Below, in pieces: positions 36,803-50,445 of a stretch of DNA of 64,000 bases. The DNA comes from Octopus vulgaris (lineage: Eukaryota), in NCBI GenBank assembly GCA_951406725.2, contig OX597816.1:105524001-105588000 (forward strand), read 5' to 3'. The notes under the pieces are model-generated. The model searched no databases and was not told the DNA's origin. It was given only the letters and a program-made list of their open reading frames with translations. Position numbers and translations under genes: made by a program. Positions within the stretch are counted from its first letter, which is position 1; each line of letters opens with the position of its first letter.

Positions 36803-38701
36803 AATAATAAATCTCTGAACGAGGTATAGACAGTAACTGCATGACAATGTGAAGAAAGACAATTTTGATGAATCTCCTCACACAGCTGAACTGTGAAAGG
36901 TTGACCTGAAGTGTTCCTTCATAATTTTTCTCAAGCAGATATCATTGGGCAGATGTTGCCTGAAACATATTCATTTAACATATTTAAAAAGATAATATAT
37001 TAACAAAGGTATGATCCAATAGTTTGCTGCATTAAATCTGTAATCGTTCTGGAGTGGTCATTATTAGAAATCTTTCCTCCCACTGAAAAAGTGATATGTA
37101 TGTAATCTCTCTCTCACACACACAGAGAGCAGGAATTTTTTTTTCTTGTCACATAGAGTAGAGTTGTTATCATCATTGTTTAACATCCATTTTCCATGCT
37201 GGCATGGGTTGGATGGTTTGACTGAGGAGTGACAAGCCAGAAGGCCGCACCAGGCTCCAATATGATCTGGCAATGTTTCTACAGCTGGATGCCCTTCCTA
37301 ACACCAACTACTCCAAGAGTGTAGTAGGTGCTTTTTATGTGCCACTGGCACAGGAACTAGTCAGGCAGGCCTGGCATTGATCACATTCGGACAGTGCTTT
37401 TTACGTGCCACTAGCATAGGAGCCAGTCAGTGGGTACAGGCATCAGCTACGTTCGGATAATCAAAACTAAATGTTGGGTCTGCTGATATGGTGGACTGAG
37501 CTAAGCCTGATAAAACCCTGACTATATGATACCTCATGCAGCTATGAGATGTGAAGCAGTATAGAATGTAATGTCCAACTGAACAAATTAAAATGGTAGC
37601 AGCAAATTTCAACTGAAAACCCATGAGAAGTCCAAAATGTTATCTATTCGACCAAGTTATTTGTAACACACACACACACACACACACACATTAAATTAAT
37701 ATTAACACTATACTGTTGTTGTTGGTGATGATGATGATGACAATGATGATGAATAGCATTGTTGATGATATCAATAATTTGCACTGAAATTTAAGAGGAA
37801 TGAGAAAAATTAATAAATTGTTATTTATAGATAATATCAAGTTAGTTCTCTTCTCACACTTTGTTATGTTTGAGAAAGAAACAGAAGTTGAAGTTTTAAG
37901 AAGAATCAGCAAAATTAAATCATAGAATCTGATGTGGTTTAAAATAAAATTAAATTGATAAAAGTAGAGATAATAGCTCCTATTAAAAGCTGCATCGAAT
38001 TTTGATAAAGTTTGTTAATCACTATTAAGTAGTGTATGTATATTTCTTACTGTTAAGTCCCTTCTTTTAAATTCTATTTTAATTTTTGTCACATAATAGC
38101 ATTTTGATTTCATTCTAACATTCTTCCCCAGAACAAATTGGATTAATTCAATAAAGCACTTATTGGAAAGTAGAACCTGAATTGAAGCTTAGAGAGTGGA
38201 AGAGTGTGTGTATGTGTGTGTGTGTGTGTGTGCGTGTGTGCATGTGTGTGTGTGTGTGTGTGTGTGTGAGAATGAGTGGGGCTGAAAAATTTGAAACTCT
38301 TTAAGAAAAACAATTATTTAATTAGCTGAATGTTTGATCTGAGTAGAGGTAACTGCTTTGTAGATTAAAATAAAGTCAGATTTAGAAAGATATTGTAAAG
38401 TGAAGTAAGTTCCAATTAAAGAAACATCAAGAGGAATGCTGTCAGGTTATATTTTGTACTGAATGCCAGAAAAGTATAACTACCCCCAAGTTAAGAATAC
38501 GACCATACACTGATCAAGACATACCAAGATGATGGCTGTAGCAAGATGAAAAACATTAGAAACATAAGAATTATAAGAATATTCTTTCTTAATATAAATA
38601 TTCTGAATGTCTAATGGATTCTTCACTGTGTTAATATTTTCTTCTGGAAATAAAACATGTAGTCGTTGATGTTTAGACCCAGGTCAACTAGCTGTCCCCA
38701 T

Positions 38702-39900
38702 CCTGGTAAAACAATGTAGGGGATGCGCTATGGCAGCAAAGGCACCCTCAGTGCAGATACAGCCATGACCAAAAATGGATTCAGCATGGTCTAGACTGCA
38801 TGTGGATTTCACAGGACCAATAACTGGATCTTATTATATCATTGTGGTGGATAGAAATTCCAAATGGCCTGAAGTATGTAAATATTCAAGGCCAACCACA
38901 ACTGTAACTATTGACTTCTTGGAAGAATTGTTCACTCATTATAGAGTGTCTGATATGATTGTGTCGGATAATGGCACACAATTCATGGTGAAGGAGTTTG
39001 AAAGATTCTGTAAGTTGGTCCAGATGAAGAATGTGTTAACTCCACCATACAATCCAAGGTTAAATGGGTTAGGGGAAAGATTCGTCAACACATTCAAGAG
39101 AGTTTTAAGAAAGACTAGATGGGAAGTCCTTGAAGATAGAAATATGACAAAGTTCTTACAGGTGCACAGAATAACACCAAATCCAAATGCAAAGTTGAGT
39201 AGGTCACCCACAGATTTGATGTTCTCCAGAAAAGATTTGTTGTGTTTGACAAATTGTTGCTGAGTAGGAAATGGAAAATACAAAATTCGGGAAGTAGAAT
39301 GAAATTTTTAAACACAGGTGATGAAGTGTATTTTAAAATATATAAAAATGGAAAACAGGACTGGGAACTGGATGTCTGGGCAATGTGATGTACATGGTAA
39401 AAGGACCAAAATATGAACATAAAAGGCATTCTAACCAATTAAAGAAAAGATATACCAAAAATCAAGAAAGGTGAGAGGAGCCAATGGATATATGGTATGA
39501 CATGTTTGAGGTCTCAGAACCACAAGTGATAGCAGAACTGACACATAGGTCAAACAGGAAAAGAAAAGCTACAGAAATGATGGAAATTAATGCCAAGAGA
39601 AAGAAATATGCCAGTTTCTCAACAAGGAAATAAAATTAATAAAAATAAGGAATAAATAAATAAAAAAAGACAAAGCCAATCTCAAAAGGGGAAGTGTTGT
39701 GTGGAAGTAGAACACCCCTATTGGTTGGCTCCTAACGGACTGTGCCACAATATAAATAGATATATGCAGAGAGCCTTCATCACAGAGTAAAGCCGGGAGT
39801 TATATACTGTCAAGGGTTATTACCAGTATCATAAGTAGAATGATTTGCGAGGACACTATTATTATCCCATTATATCATACGTCAAACATGCGATACAACA
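38702..39900 (+). mobile_element. Ty3/gypsy LTR retrotransposon 3' remnant: integrase, PPT and 3' LTR (39695-39900)
   Basis: CxxC, RLHVDFTGP, IVVDRNSKWPEV, IVSDNGTQF and PPYNPRLNGLGERF motifs. Polypurine tract aaaaggggaag directly before TGTTGT...ACAACA (206 bp). Confidence 0.9.
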
Positions 39901-39957
39901 AATAGATTGCCCATTGCTTGAAAAAGATATGAGCATCCTGTATTCACATTTTCTCTG

Positions 39958-40044
39958 TAAAAAGAAAGTGAAGTAACAGTCTTAAAGATGAAATTTAAAT
40001 CTTATACAAAAATGTACAAATTAGTGTCAGTTTTCAGACATAAA
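39958..40044. repeat. Right arm of long-range inverted repeat (partner 33171-33260)
   Basis: All 87 aligned bases are complementary. Confidence 0.95.
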
Positions 40045-40668
40045 GTAGGAAAGAGAGAGAGAGAAAGTATCTATAATTCAATATATTTAGACATGGAAAG
40101 TGTTAAAACAAAAACAAAAGAGATGTCATATTAAATAATAAATTAACAAATTCTTGGAGATTCCTACTCCCCTCCAACCAATGAACATTAAAAATAATTT
40201 CAGAAAAAAAAAATCCTTCAATTCATCAAGTTAAAATTATTGAAAGAAATATTAACTCTAAAAGTTATATTTTGCCAAATCTTAAATTTCTTCTTCCTTT
40301 TAGTAAATCTTATTTGAATAATTGAAATTGAAATTTCTCTTCTGATTTCTTTACCCAGTAGCTATTATTTGTACTAAAATTGGAAGCATATTAAGAAAAT
40401 TATTGGATTCATATTCTTTTTTATATTTCTTAATCTAAAAGCTCCAGGAATAAGAATGGATTTACAAAGTTGTTGAACTAATAATAATGTTTTCTGATGT
40501 TGGCACAAAGCCACAACACCTATAAGAGAGAGGATAGTGGTGATGGATTCATCTGGCAGCAATGAAGTTCGAGCAGCCAGTAGCAAGAAAAGAAAAATAG
40601 AAGTATTGTTACTGAACAACCTGCACAAAGAATTTCTTTGAAGTTGAGTAAACTTGTGCAGAACCTAC

Positions 40669-40710
40669 CTCACTGTCTCCTTGAAACTGTACAGTCTCAA
40701 CTGGTGCAGA
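40669..40710 (-). CDS. Candidate 42-nt microexon (SAPVETVQFQGDSE)
   Basis: Strong donor GAG|gtaggt. Long pyrimidine tract followed by tandem acceptors tag-ag-cag; the CAG acceptor gives a stop-free phase 0-0 exon, while the first TAG gives 47 nt. Confidence 0.3.
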
Positions 40711-43700
40711 CTGCTCTATGTGCCAGACACAAAAGGACACATACAAAGAAAAGTAAAGATGCAAAGCCCAAACATATTGTTGCTAATATTTCTTACTGTT
40801 GCAGTTCACAACATATATGAAGTGCTCCTTGATAAGTTTATCTAATAACGTCACACATAAGCCTAAGCTGATGGCAGACACCAAAATACACAAAATAATT
40901 TATGTAACTGTATTGTGATGCATTAAACTACCTGCTGCCATAGACAAGATGTTTAGGTGTCCATCACCCACAAAATGGTCTTACGGTGTGCCCATTCACC
41001 ATCCCATTCACACACACACACCACTGGAAAGCTAATTTAAGCACAAGGTCAGCAATTTAGAGGAGAAGGAATGAATCAATACCACTGATTCTAGTACTTG
41101 AATGATACTTTATTTTATTAACCCTGAAAGGATGAAAGGCAAAGTTACTTCAGTGGGATTTGAACTCAGAACAAAAAGAACCATATCAAAGACTGTAAAG
41201 CATTTTTAACCAATGCTCTATTGATTCTACCAATCCACTGCCCTACACAGCAAAGACATAACCCCCACCACCATCACCATCATTATTATAATATTGAAAT
41301 TAGTGAAGTAATAGACAAAGTAGGGTATCAGAGTGAAATACTCTTCAGTATACAAAACAACAAGAAACCTTTATGTGATTTCTTGAACAGCTAGAAATGG
41401 TAGTTACATCTCTTCCACATACTATAAGAAAGGAAACAATTAGATAATGTATTCTTTTTTTGCAACCTTGATGATTTGTCACCTTTTCCCAGTTCCATCT
41501 CCTCCACAAGATTATGAGGTAGGACTGCCGCTTAGAGCCTCCAACCAGCTCTGTCTTGGGGTAGGAGACATCTTGGCCTTCTTGGTTGTATACTCTGCCA
41601 TCTCCAAGTATGGCTTCACTGTCTTTCTGATTCCACTATTGTTATCCTCAGAGCTTTGACTTGTGTGGTGGCAACATCACCAATATCAATGGTTTTCAGT
41701 TGTCTACTGCACCCACCTTTTGTTTTAGTTTTTCTTTTTCTGGGGATTAGGTCCTGATGTGATTCATGCTCCAGCACATGTTGCAAGTGTGCTTTCCACC
41801 ACACTGAATCAACTTCCTCTCTGCTCTAACTACAAAGATATAATTCTGACAAAACCTTTGGTGTTGTGTGCATACAGTGAAGTAATCAGGACAAAAATAT
41901 ATACGCAGATTCTCACCCAATCACATGTATTCCTGACTGGCCTCTGCTGTATTGAAAAGGTGGTTACAAATCAAGAGTCTGCATTGGTACTTATAGAATT
42001 GACCTAACACTTGCATTTTTTCCTGCTCATGTAATGTGGCATTTCTTGCAGACAAAGAGCAAATGACACCTGCTTGCTTTCTTGCTTCATCTTCAATCTT
42101 GAGTCATAGATACAAACTTCTATATGTGAGTATACAACCTGCCATACATCAGCCATAAAAACAAATCATCTCACTTTCTTCCTTGCCCTTTTCTCAGATA
42201 TGTATGTCACCTTCTTCCTCTTTAACAAAATGGGAACTCTCTTTTATAAAATACTTCTTCTATGCTTTTTCTTTTTCTTGGAGCTAACTCTTTTTTAGGC
42301 TTACAAAGCTAGCAAAAGATAAATTGCTGTTGTGGTTTCTTCTTTTGTTATTGTCATTTAAGTTTGCATTTTCTTTTGTACTTCTTAAATTGTAACTGTG
42401 TTGATAGCTTTGTTCATTTGTTGGTAACTTTTTCCTGTTTACCTTTTATTTTCTTTAATCTGACTTTGCGTTTACAAAAATTTTTGGGAGGAACAAAAGA
42501 CACTGATACCATAATTGTGGTTAGCACTCACTCTGCTACCATAGAAACAGCAATATTGGACAATGAATGAATGAGAAATACATGTGCACCAACCCAGGTA
42601 ATGGAATTGACATTTAAAACTTCTGAAGCCATTTGTTGGTAAAAGAACCAACAAAACCTTTTATCATGAAGTAATCCGGGAAGAAATCACCTGAATGGAG
42701 CTCTGTGAAATGCAACAGTTCAGAGTAAACAACAACAACAACAATTTTTCTCTATTTTAATGATTCTTGACATATACACAAGGTCCCCCTTGGAAGGATG
42801 AAAAGAAAATAAACACTTGTGGGATTTGAACACAGAATAGAAAGAGATGATGTATCTGAATACTACAAGGTATTCTATATGTTCATCTACTACCAATTCT
42901 GACACCCTTTTATATAATTCTTTTAATAGTAGCAATAATTGAACACATATGAGTCAATGCACCAATTTAGACACATGTATACATAATCATACATCTGGTT
43001 GTGTTGTAAAGAAGTTTGCTTCCTGGCCTTGTGGGTTCGGTTTTGGTCTCATTGAATGATACCTTAGGTAGGTATCTTCTGCTATAGACGATGGTCAACC
43101 AAAGCCTTGTGAATGGATTTAGCAAATGAAACCTGAATGATGCCTACCATATGTGCATGTGTATGTGTGTATATGTGCATGTGTTCGTAACTCCTTGTCT
43201 TGACATCATGTGGCATGTTGTCATCATACAAATGATGCCGTTCATTTCTAACATTCCACAAAAGGGTTGGTGACAGGAAGGGTATCCAACAATAGAAAAA
43301 CATAAATAAACTCAATTCCTCATCACTGTCAATTAAATATCCCAATTTTGCCAAACACCCCCCACCACACACACAGAGACTGTATTCCATTTTGCAGCCA
43401 TTTGGTAGAATAATATGGTTGCGAAATAAAATATGGTGTCCCTACCAGCAATTAATACGTGCATACCACTTGTCAGGGATGTCTTTAATATGTAAAATTG
43501 GTGTATCTATTAGTGTTACATTGTTAAATTTAGTGGGTATTTAAGCAATGTGTTCAAGGATAATTAATGGGTTGGATGCGGTGCTGAAGAAGGTGCAATA
43601 ACTCCTGAAATATGTATATACACTCATTACTTATTTTCAATTTTCCATTGTATTATTTACATAGATGTCTTCATATACAAAACATCATAACTTTCAGTGC

Positions 43701-43823
43701 TGATTCTAAATTCTATAGAAAATCTGTAGAGACAAACTTAAAAGTGATTGTATCACACTGCTAATACAAAAACAAAAATAGGACAAAATATTGACATATA
43801 AACTTTTGGTATACTTGGTAGAA

Positions 43824-45091
43824 TCAGATCATTAAGGATGAAATGTCCGATTTTCTTGTGCACCAAGTTTGACAGTCATTAACTCTAATGTTTTATCCTG
43901 ACAACTTTTTGTTCTACAACATTGAAGAGTTACCTTCATAACTTTGTGAAATGCAATTCATGGTGTCTGATTATATTATATTTACTCTTGTAAATAAATT
44001 TTTGTGAACCCATGGATAGATAAAAAATTCATATTGTTTATGAATATGAGTTCCATCATGGAACCAATGCATCCCAGACAGTTTGAAACATCAATGAAGT
44101 GTTTGGTGAAAATGTGGCAAATGAGCACACTGTACATCGAAGTTCTGGTCTGGTGACTTTACTCTTGAAAATCAGCCCTGTGGTAGACCTGAGACCAAGG
44201 CGGATAATGATGAGCTGGAAACTGTAGTGGAAGCAGATACATCTCAAAGTATATGTGAGTTAGTTGCAAGGTTTATGTTTCAATTCCAACTGCATTGGAC
44301 CATCTAAAACAAATAAGCAAGGTAAAGAATCTGGACAATTGGGTACCACATGAACTGAACGAGAATCAAATGATACATTGTCTTGAAACTTGCTGTTCTT
44401 TGCTATCACAACATAAAAGCAAACCATTTTTGCATCATATAGTTATGTGTGATGGAAAATGGATTCTTTTCAACAATGACAAGTGTTCTGCATGGTGGTT
44501 GGATAAAGACAAAGTGCCAAAATACAACCCAAAAAGAATATTCATCAAAAAAAGCTAATGGTGTATGTTTTGTGGTTCAGCACTGGTGTCATCCACTGCA
44601 GCTTCATGGGTCCTGGTAAGTCAATTACAGTGAATGTATACATCAACCAACTGGATGAAATGAGTGAACTTGCAATTAAACAATTGAGATTGGTCAATAG
44701 AGACAGGCCAATTCTGTGACAAGACAATGCTTGACCACATGTTGCACATGTTACTCAAGTTACAGGAACTGAAATTGGAAGTACTCTGTCAACTCTGTCA
44801 TCCACCATATCCACCAGATCTTACACCAACTATCATCTTTCCCAGGTATTAGACAACTTTTTGCAAGGAAAAACTTCAAATCTGAAGAAGAAGCAAAAAT
44901 AGCCTTTCGTGATTTCATCACCTCTTGCTCTCCAGAATTTTTTGCTGCCAGCATAAATAAGTTACCGATAAAATGGCAAAATAGTGTTGTTAATTTAGGT
45001 GCATACTTTGATTAACTGCATGGCTTTTTATTGAGATAAAGTAATGTAAACTTTTAATTCAAAATCAAACATTTCATTCTTTATGACCTGA
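43824..45091 (+). mobile_element. Second, more decayed mariner element with different TIRs
   Basis: TIRs tcagatcattaaggatgaaatgtccgatttt / aaaatcaaacatttcattctttatgacctga, about 1.27 kb. WVPHEL and CDGKWI motifs, HPPYPPDL remnant, many stops. Confidence 0.9.
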
Positions 45092-45439
45092 TATATTATA
45101 GTTGTAACACAAAATACACTGTCCAGCAATTAATATATATATACACACACATCCATGCATGTGTGTGTATAACAACAATAACAAAAATAAACAATAATGC
45201 AAAATGTGTTAAGTCTTTCAAAAAAAAAAATTCTTCACAGACCCCATCCCACCCTCTAAAATTACAAATTGAATCTAATATAGGTAGAAAGCTAAAGATT
45301 TATGGAAGGAGAATAGTCATTGTTCCAGCCTCAATTCTTGACTGATGCTTTATTTTATTGACCCAGGAAGGATGCAAGGCAAAGGTGAGCTTGGCAGGAT
45401 CTAAACTCAGACAAATAAAGAGTTGCGACAAATATTTCA

Positions 45440-46990
45440 AAGCATTTTGTCTGAGTGAATGGTTATTGGTTGAAAAATTTTACACAGTTGCATGAAAGGA
45501 CAGCTGCACACCTGCAGCAGGGATACATCCCTACCAAGATGACATATGGATGAATGTTATATCCCAAGGACTCTTGAAAGATAAATTGGTATCAAACTTT
45601 TAACTTATAACATGTTTACCACCCATGTGGAAGCTTATAACCAGTGTCTGGGCAGAAAAGTTACATAATTATCTGGAAAGTAACAATTTACTTTCAGTAG
45701 AACAGAGAGGATGCAAGAAGCAAAGTGGGTCAAATAAAGACTTATTAGTTGATAAAATGATAAATTGTAGAAGCAGATCAATGGGATTGAATGTAGCATA
45801 GTTGGATTACAGAAAAGCATATGACTCGGTACTGCACAGTCGAATAAGTAACACAAGAGCATGTTTGTAGTGGCAGAAAATATGGAGAAAACAGTTGGTG
45901 AAAGTAAGGAAACTCTGGAATACTGAATTGATTGGAGATAAACAAGGACTTGGGAAAGTAAACATTAAACATGATATATATCAAGGTGATGGGTTGTTTC
46001 CATTACTATTTGTATTGGCCATGATACTGCTCAGTTTGGTGTTATTAGAAGTCAAAACAGATTATGATTTGGGAAGAGGATATGGTCAGATAAATCATCT
46101 CCTTTTTATGGATGATATAAAGCTTTATGCATAAAATGAAAAGCAGTTTGAAAGTCTTGTACATACTGCTTGCATTTTCTCAAATGATGTACGCATGGAA
46201 TTTGCGATTGAAAAGTATGCTACATATGAAACGAGGAAGATTTGAAAGAAGCCAAGAAACTGAAAAGTCAAATGGGCAAACAATAAAAGCAGATGGAAAG
46301 GACAGTGGTATAAGTATTTGGGAATACTGGCAGCAAATGAAATGAAACATGAAGAGATGAAGCAATTTACAAGTAAGGAGTATACAAAGTGAGTGAAGAA
46401 AATATTACGAAGTTGAATTCTAGAAATGGTACTGAAGCCATGAAAGAAAGAACAGTACTGGTAATCAGATATGGAGTTGGAATTGTAGATTTGGTAAAAG
46501 GCAGCACAGAAACTTGACTGAAAAACTAGAAAGCTGTTGACAATGTATGGAGCCCACCATCTGAAAGCTTATATTAACTGATTGTACTTGAATTGAAGAG
46601 AGACCTGGGTGGAAGAGGCTTGACTGCTGTGGAAGGGTGTGTACAGATGGAAAGAAAGCCTACTAGAATAGTACTGAGAAATTACAGTGAATACAGAACG
46701 GGTGATCGAGTGTGGAACGGGAGAAAGGACAAGAGCAAAATTCAAAGAGAGCATGTTAAACATATTGAAGAGAAAGCTTTGCATGGTTAGTTCTGGAAAG
46801 CTACTGAGGATAAATATGGAACAAAATCTGGGCTTGACTGGAAAAAGGGCAATTGAAAAAAGAAATAGAGAGCCTAATTATAGCAAACCAAGATCAAGCA
46901 TTAAAAAAAAGAACTTGAGAAAATATATGTAACCCGCCACCCTCATAAATTCTATCAAGAATAAGACCAATCCTGAATCAAGTTGAATAA
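45440..46990 (+). mobile_element. R4/Dong-like non-LTR retrotransposon RT fragment (decayed)
   Basis: ITCLPPMWKL, EQRGCK, DYRKAYDSV, IYQGDGLFPLLFVLAM, INHLLFMDDIKLYA, GGRGL, ALHG motifs; followed by (TAA)n. Confidence 0.8.
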
Positions 46991-47021
46991 TAATAATAAT
47001 AATAAGAAGAAGAAGAAGAAG

Positions 47022-47467
47022 AATCCTTTTTACTAGAGGCACAAGGCTTCAAATTTTGGGGGGAGGGGACTAATTGTTTACATAGATCCCAGTATTTCAC
47101 TGGTACTTAATTTATCAACTCTGAAACAATGAAAGGCAAAATCAACCTTGGCAGAATTTGAACTCAGAACATGAAGACAGACAAAATACCACTAAGCATT
47201 TTGCCTGGCATGCTAACAATTCTGCCAGCTCGCTGCATTTAATAATAATAATAATACTTTCTACTATAGGCACAAGGCCTGAAATTTGGGGGTAGGAGAT
47301 AATTCGATTACACCAACCCCAGTGCATAACAGGTACTTATTTCATCGATCCTGAAAGGATGAAAAGCAAAGCTGACCTCAATGGAATTTGAACTCAGAAT
47401 GTAAAGATGGACGAAATGCTGCTAAGCATTTTGCCTGGCATGCTAAGAATTCTGCCAGTTTGATGCC

Positions 47468-47513
<46 letters not shown>

Positions 47514-47527
47514 TGATGATAATAATG

Positions 47528-47563
<36 letters not shown>
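47022..47563 (-). mobile_element. Two tandem SINE family A copies in (AAT)n
   Basis: Copies at about 47022-47240 and 47255-47470, flanked by aataat tracts. Confidence 0.85.
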
Positions 47564-49610
47564 GTCATAATATTTTAACACCAGTACTTGACTGGTACTT
47601 TATCTTATCAATACTCTCTCCTTTCAAGTGTTGGCTGAGTTCCTTTCAAGCAGGCCTCACAGAGGTGAGGTGGCTGAGTTCCTTTCAAGCATTGGGCCTC
47701 TTGGAGGCTAAGTGGCTGAGTTCCCTGCATGTTGGGCCTCGAGGCGGCAATGACCAAGGCCTTTGGCATTATGTCATGCTTGTGAAGAAGACCCATCAAG
47801 CCGAGCAAAATCACAGTCATGGTAAATACTGGTGTTACATTCACAGTTTGGTTGGCATTAGGAAGGGCATCCAGCCATAGAAAAACCATGCCAAATTAGA
47901 CTGAAGCCTGGCACAGCTTTCCACCATGCCAATCCTGGTCAAACCATCCAACCCATCCCAGCATGGGCAATGTACATTAAATAATGATGATGACTGTGAG
48001 ATATTTTGTCCAACACTAGGCATGAAGCTGCAAATTATGTCTAAGGGTACAGTCGATTAAAATTATTTTGAAACAATGAAAATAATTATAATAAAATGTA
48101 CCAGAGACAAAACAGTTCTGTAAAAAAGAAAATAAGACAGAAACAACATAACAAGCTATAATTTGATTTCCTACCTAAAGGTTAGTTTGTCTAGAAATAT
48201 CTATATTTAGAGAAGGAAGAGAAAAGCAAAAAAACAGTTTAGTATGACTCCTAAGCTTTTTATTTCATTTTGCCACAAAACATTTAACAAAATATGAAAT
48301 ATTAAAAAAAAATGAAACATTTAACAAAAGCTAACAAAATAATTTGCTTTGGACCCCACAAAGGAAATAAACTATTTTAGATATTCTTCTATTTATTTAG
48401 GTTTTTCAGTTTAGAAACTGAAAGAAAAATACAAAAAAATCCAAATGTTGATATATTTCAAGTCTTCAATAAGTTTTTATAAAACCCACTGTCTAAACGT
48501 GTTACTTAGAATGACTTGAAATTCAAACAGATAGTTTCTGGAGATGACAAGAGAAATTACCAATCTATCACCCTTTCAAAGATTTTGTTCAATATACTGA
48601 GCATTTCTCTCTCCACAGTAATTAATTATACGATTTCTATAGGGCTGTCTCTCTTGGGAGATTTGATCTCTTACATCATAGAATAATAATCTCTCACTCT
48701 GGAGAGCAATGTTTTAGTTCTTGTTATCTGTAAAGCCTTTGACCATAGAAACTTTAACTTGAGAGCCTTTTAACTAAGCTGCCCTCCTACAAGCTACATC
48801 CATCTATCATTTTTAAATGGGGCTTCCTACCACATCAGTCATTGCAGCCATTGTCGCCTAGCCGTAAGTCAGCCCTAATTAAACAGACCTATAGTCAAAA
48901 GTGTTCTTTTTAGGCGCTTGTAATACTTTATTTTCTAATGTATGAATTACCCTACTGGCCATGGTAGGCAACAATTTAAGGGAAACTTAACTGTTTTTAT
49001 TGGATTGAATAAACAAAGTTCTTTTTGACTTACATTCTGTCAACTCCAGTGTATCCCAGTGTATATCTGCCAAACACATCTGCCTCAATAAATCACTTGT
49101 CACTACTAACTATACATACTCCTGTGAAGATGACATCAATCTTTACTTCACCTTAACACAGACATCGTTTACATACAGTCTTATGAGTCAATGAAGGAGT
49201 ATCTATGTGGATGCTCTGCTTGAAGCAGTAGCCAAGTCACCCTCAAACCACATCCTACTATATTAATAAACAGATGAATTAAACAATGTTGTCTACAATA
49301 TGCTAAAAAAGATGGATTGTCATGGCTTGAATAATGTGACATCTTGGGTAAGTGTCACTTAACTAGACTCAACCCAAGCTGTGTAAGTGAAATAGTGTAG
49401 ATGAAAATTGCTCTGAAGCCTGTTAGATTCTACCTGTAATTTGAAAATCCAAATATGTCACACTCACTGTTATCATGTTGATTCTGATTGAAAGTTATGT
49501 TACAGGTACATGTGGAATACTCAGCTAATTAATTATTCAATGAGGAATTCACTCAGCTGACAGAACAACTAAATATTCATTGTTAAACTGAGAGACCCAT
49601 TTTCGTTATC

Positions 49611-49713
<103 letters not shown>

Positions 49714-49739
49714 TACATATATATCAGAATCAGAATCAA

Positions 49740-50092
49740 AATCAAAATCAATCAACATCAATGGAAATTGTAGCTGTGATACCAGTGCTGGCGGCACGTA
49801 AAAAGCACCATCCGATCGTGGCCATTGCCAGCCTCGCCTGGCTCCCGTGCCGGTAGCACGTAAAAAGCACCATCCGTCCGTGGCTGTTTGCCAGTCTCAT
49901 CTGGCACGTAAAAAGCACCCACTACACTCAGAGTGGTTGGCGTTAGGAAGGGCATCCAGCCAGAGAAACATTGCCAGATCAGACTGGGCCTGGTGTAGCC
50001 TTCTGGCTTCCCAGACCCCAGTTGAACCGTCCAACCCATGCTAGCATGGATAGCGGACGCTAAATGATGATGATGATGATGATGATGATGAT
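49740..50092 (+). mobile_element. SINE/retroposon family C with (GAT)n tail and internal tandem ggcacgtaaaaagcac units
   Basis: Conserved ggttggcgttaggaagggcatccagc...ccaacccatgctagcatgga...taaatgatgatgat. Other copies near 9465-9760, 9895-10100, 13520-13705, 20100-20360, 27915-28090, 29410-29780, 37170-37460, 47610-47995, 56930-57100. Confidence 0.8.
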
Positions 50093-50445
50093 ATATATAT
50101 ATATTAATATTCTTTGATTCTTTTTTTAAATCTTTTATTCCTTTATTTGTTTCAGTCATTTGACTGCGGCCATGCTGGAGCATCACTTTTTAGTCAAGCA
50201 AATAGACCCCAGGACTTATTCATTGTAAGCCTAGCACTTATTCTATCAGTCTCTTTTGGCTGAACCACTAAGTTATGGGGACATAAACACGCCAACATCG
50301 GTTGTCAAGCAATGGTGGGGGGACAAACACACACACACAAACACACATATAAATATACATATATACAACGGGCTTCTTTTAGTTTCTGTCTACCAAATCC
50401 ATTCACAAGGCTTTGGTTGGCCCGAGGCTATCGTAGAAGACTCTT

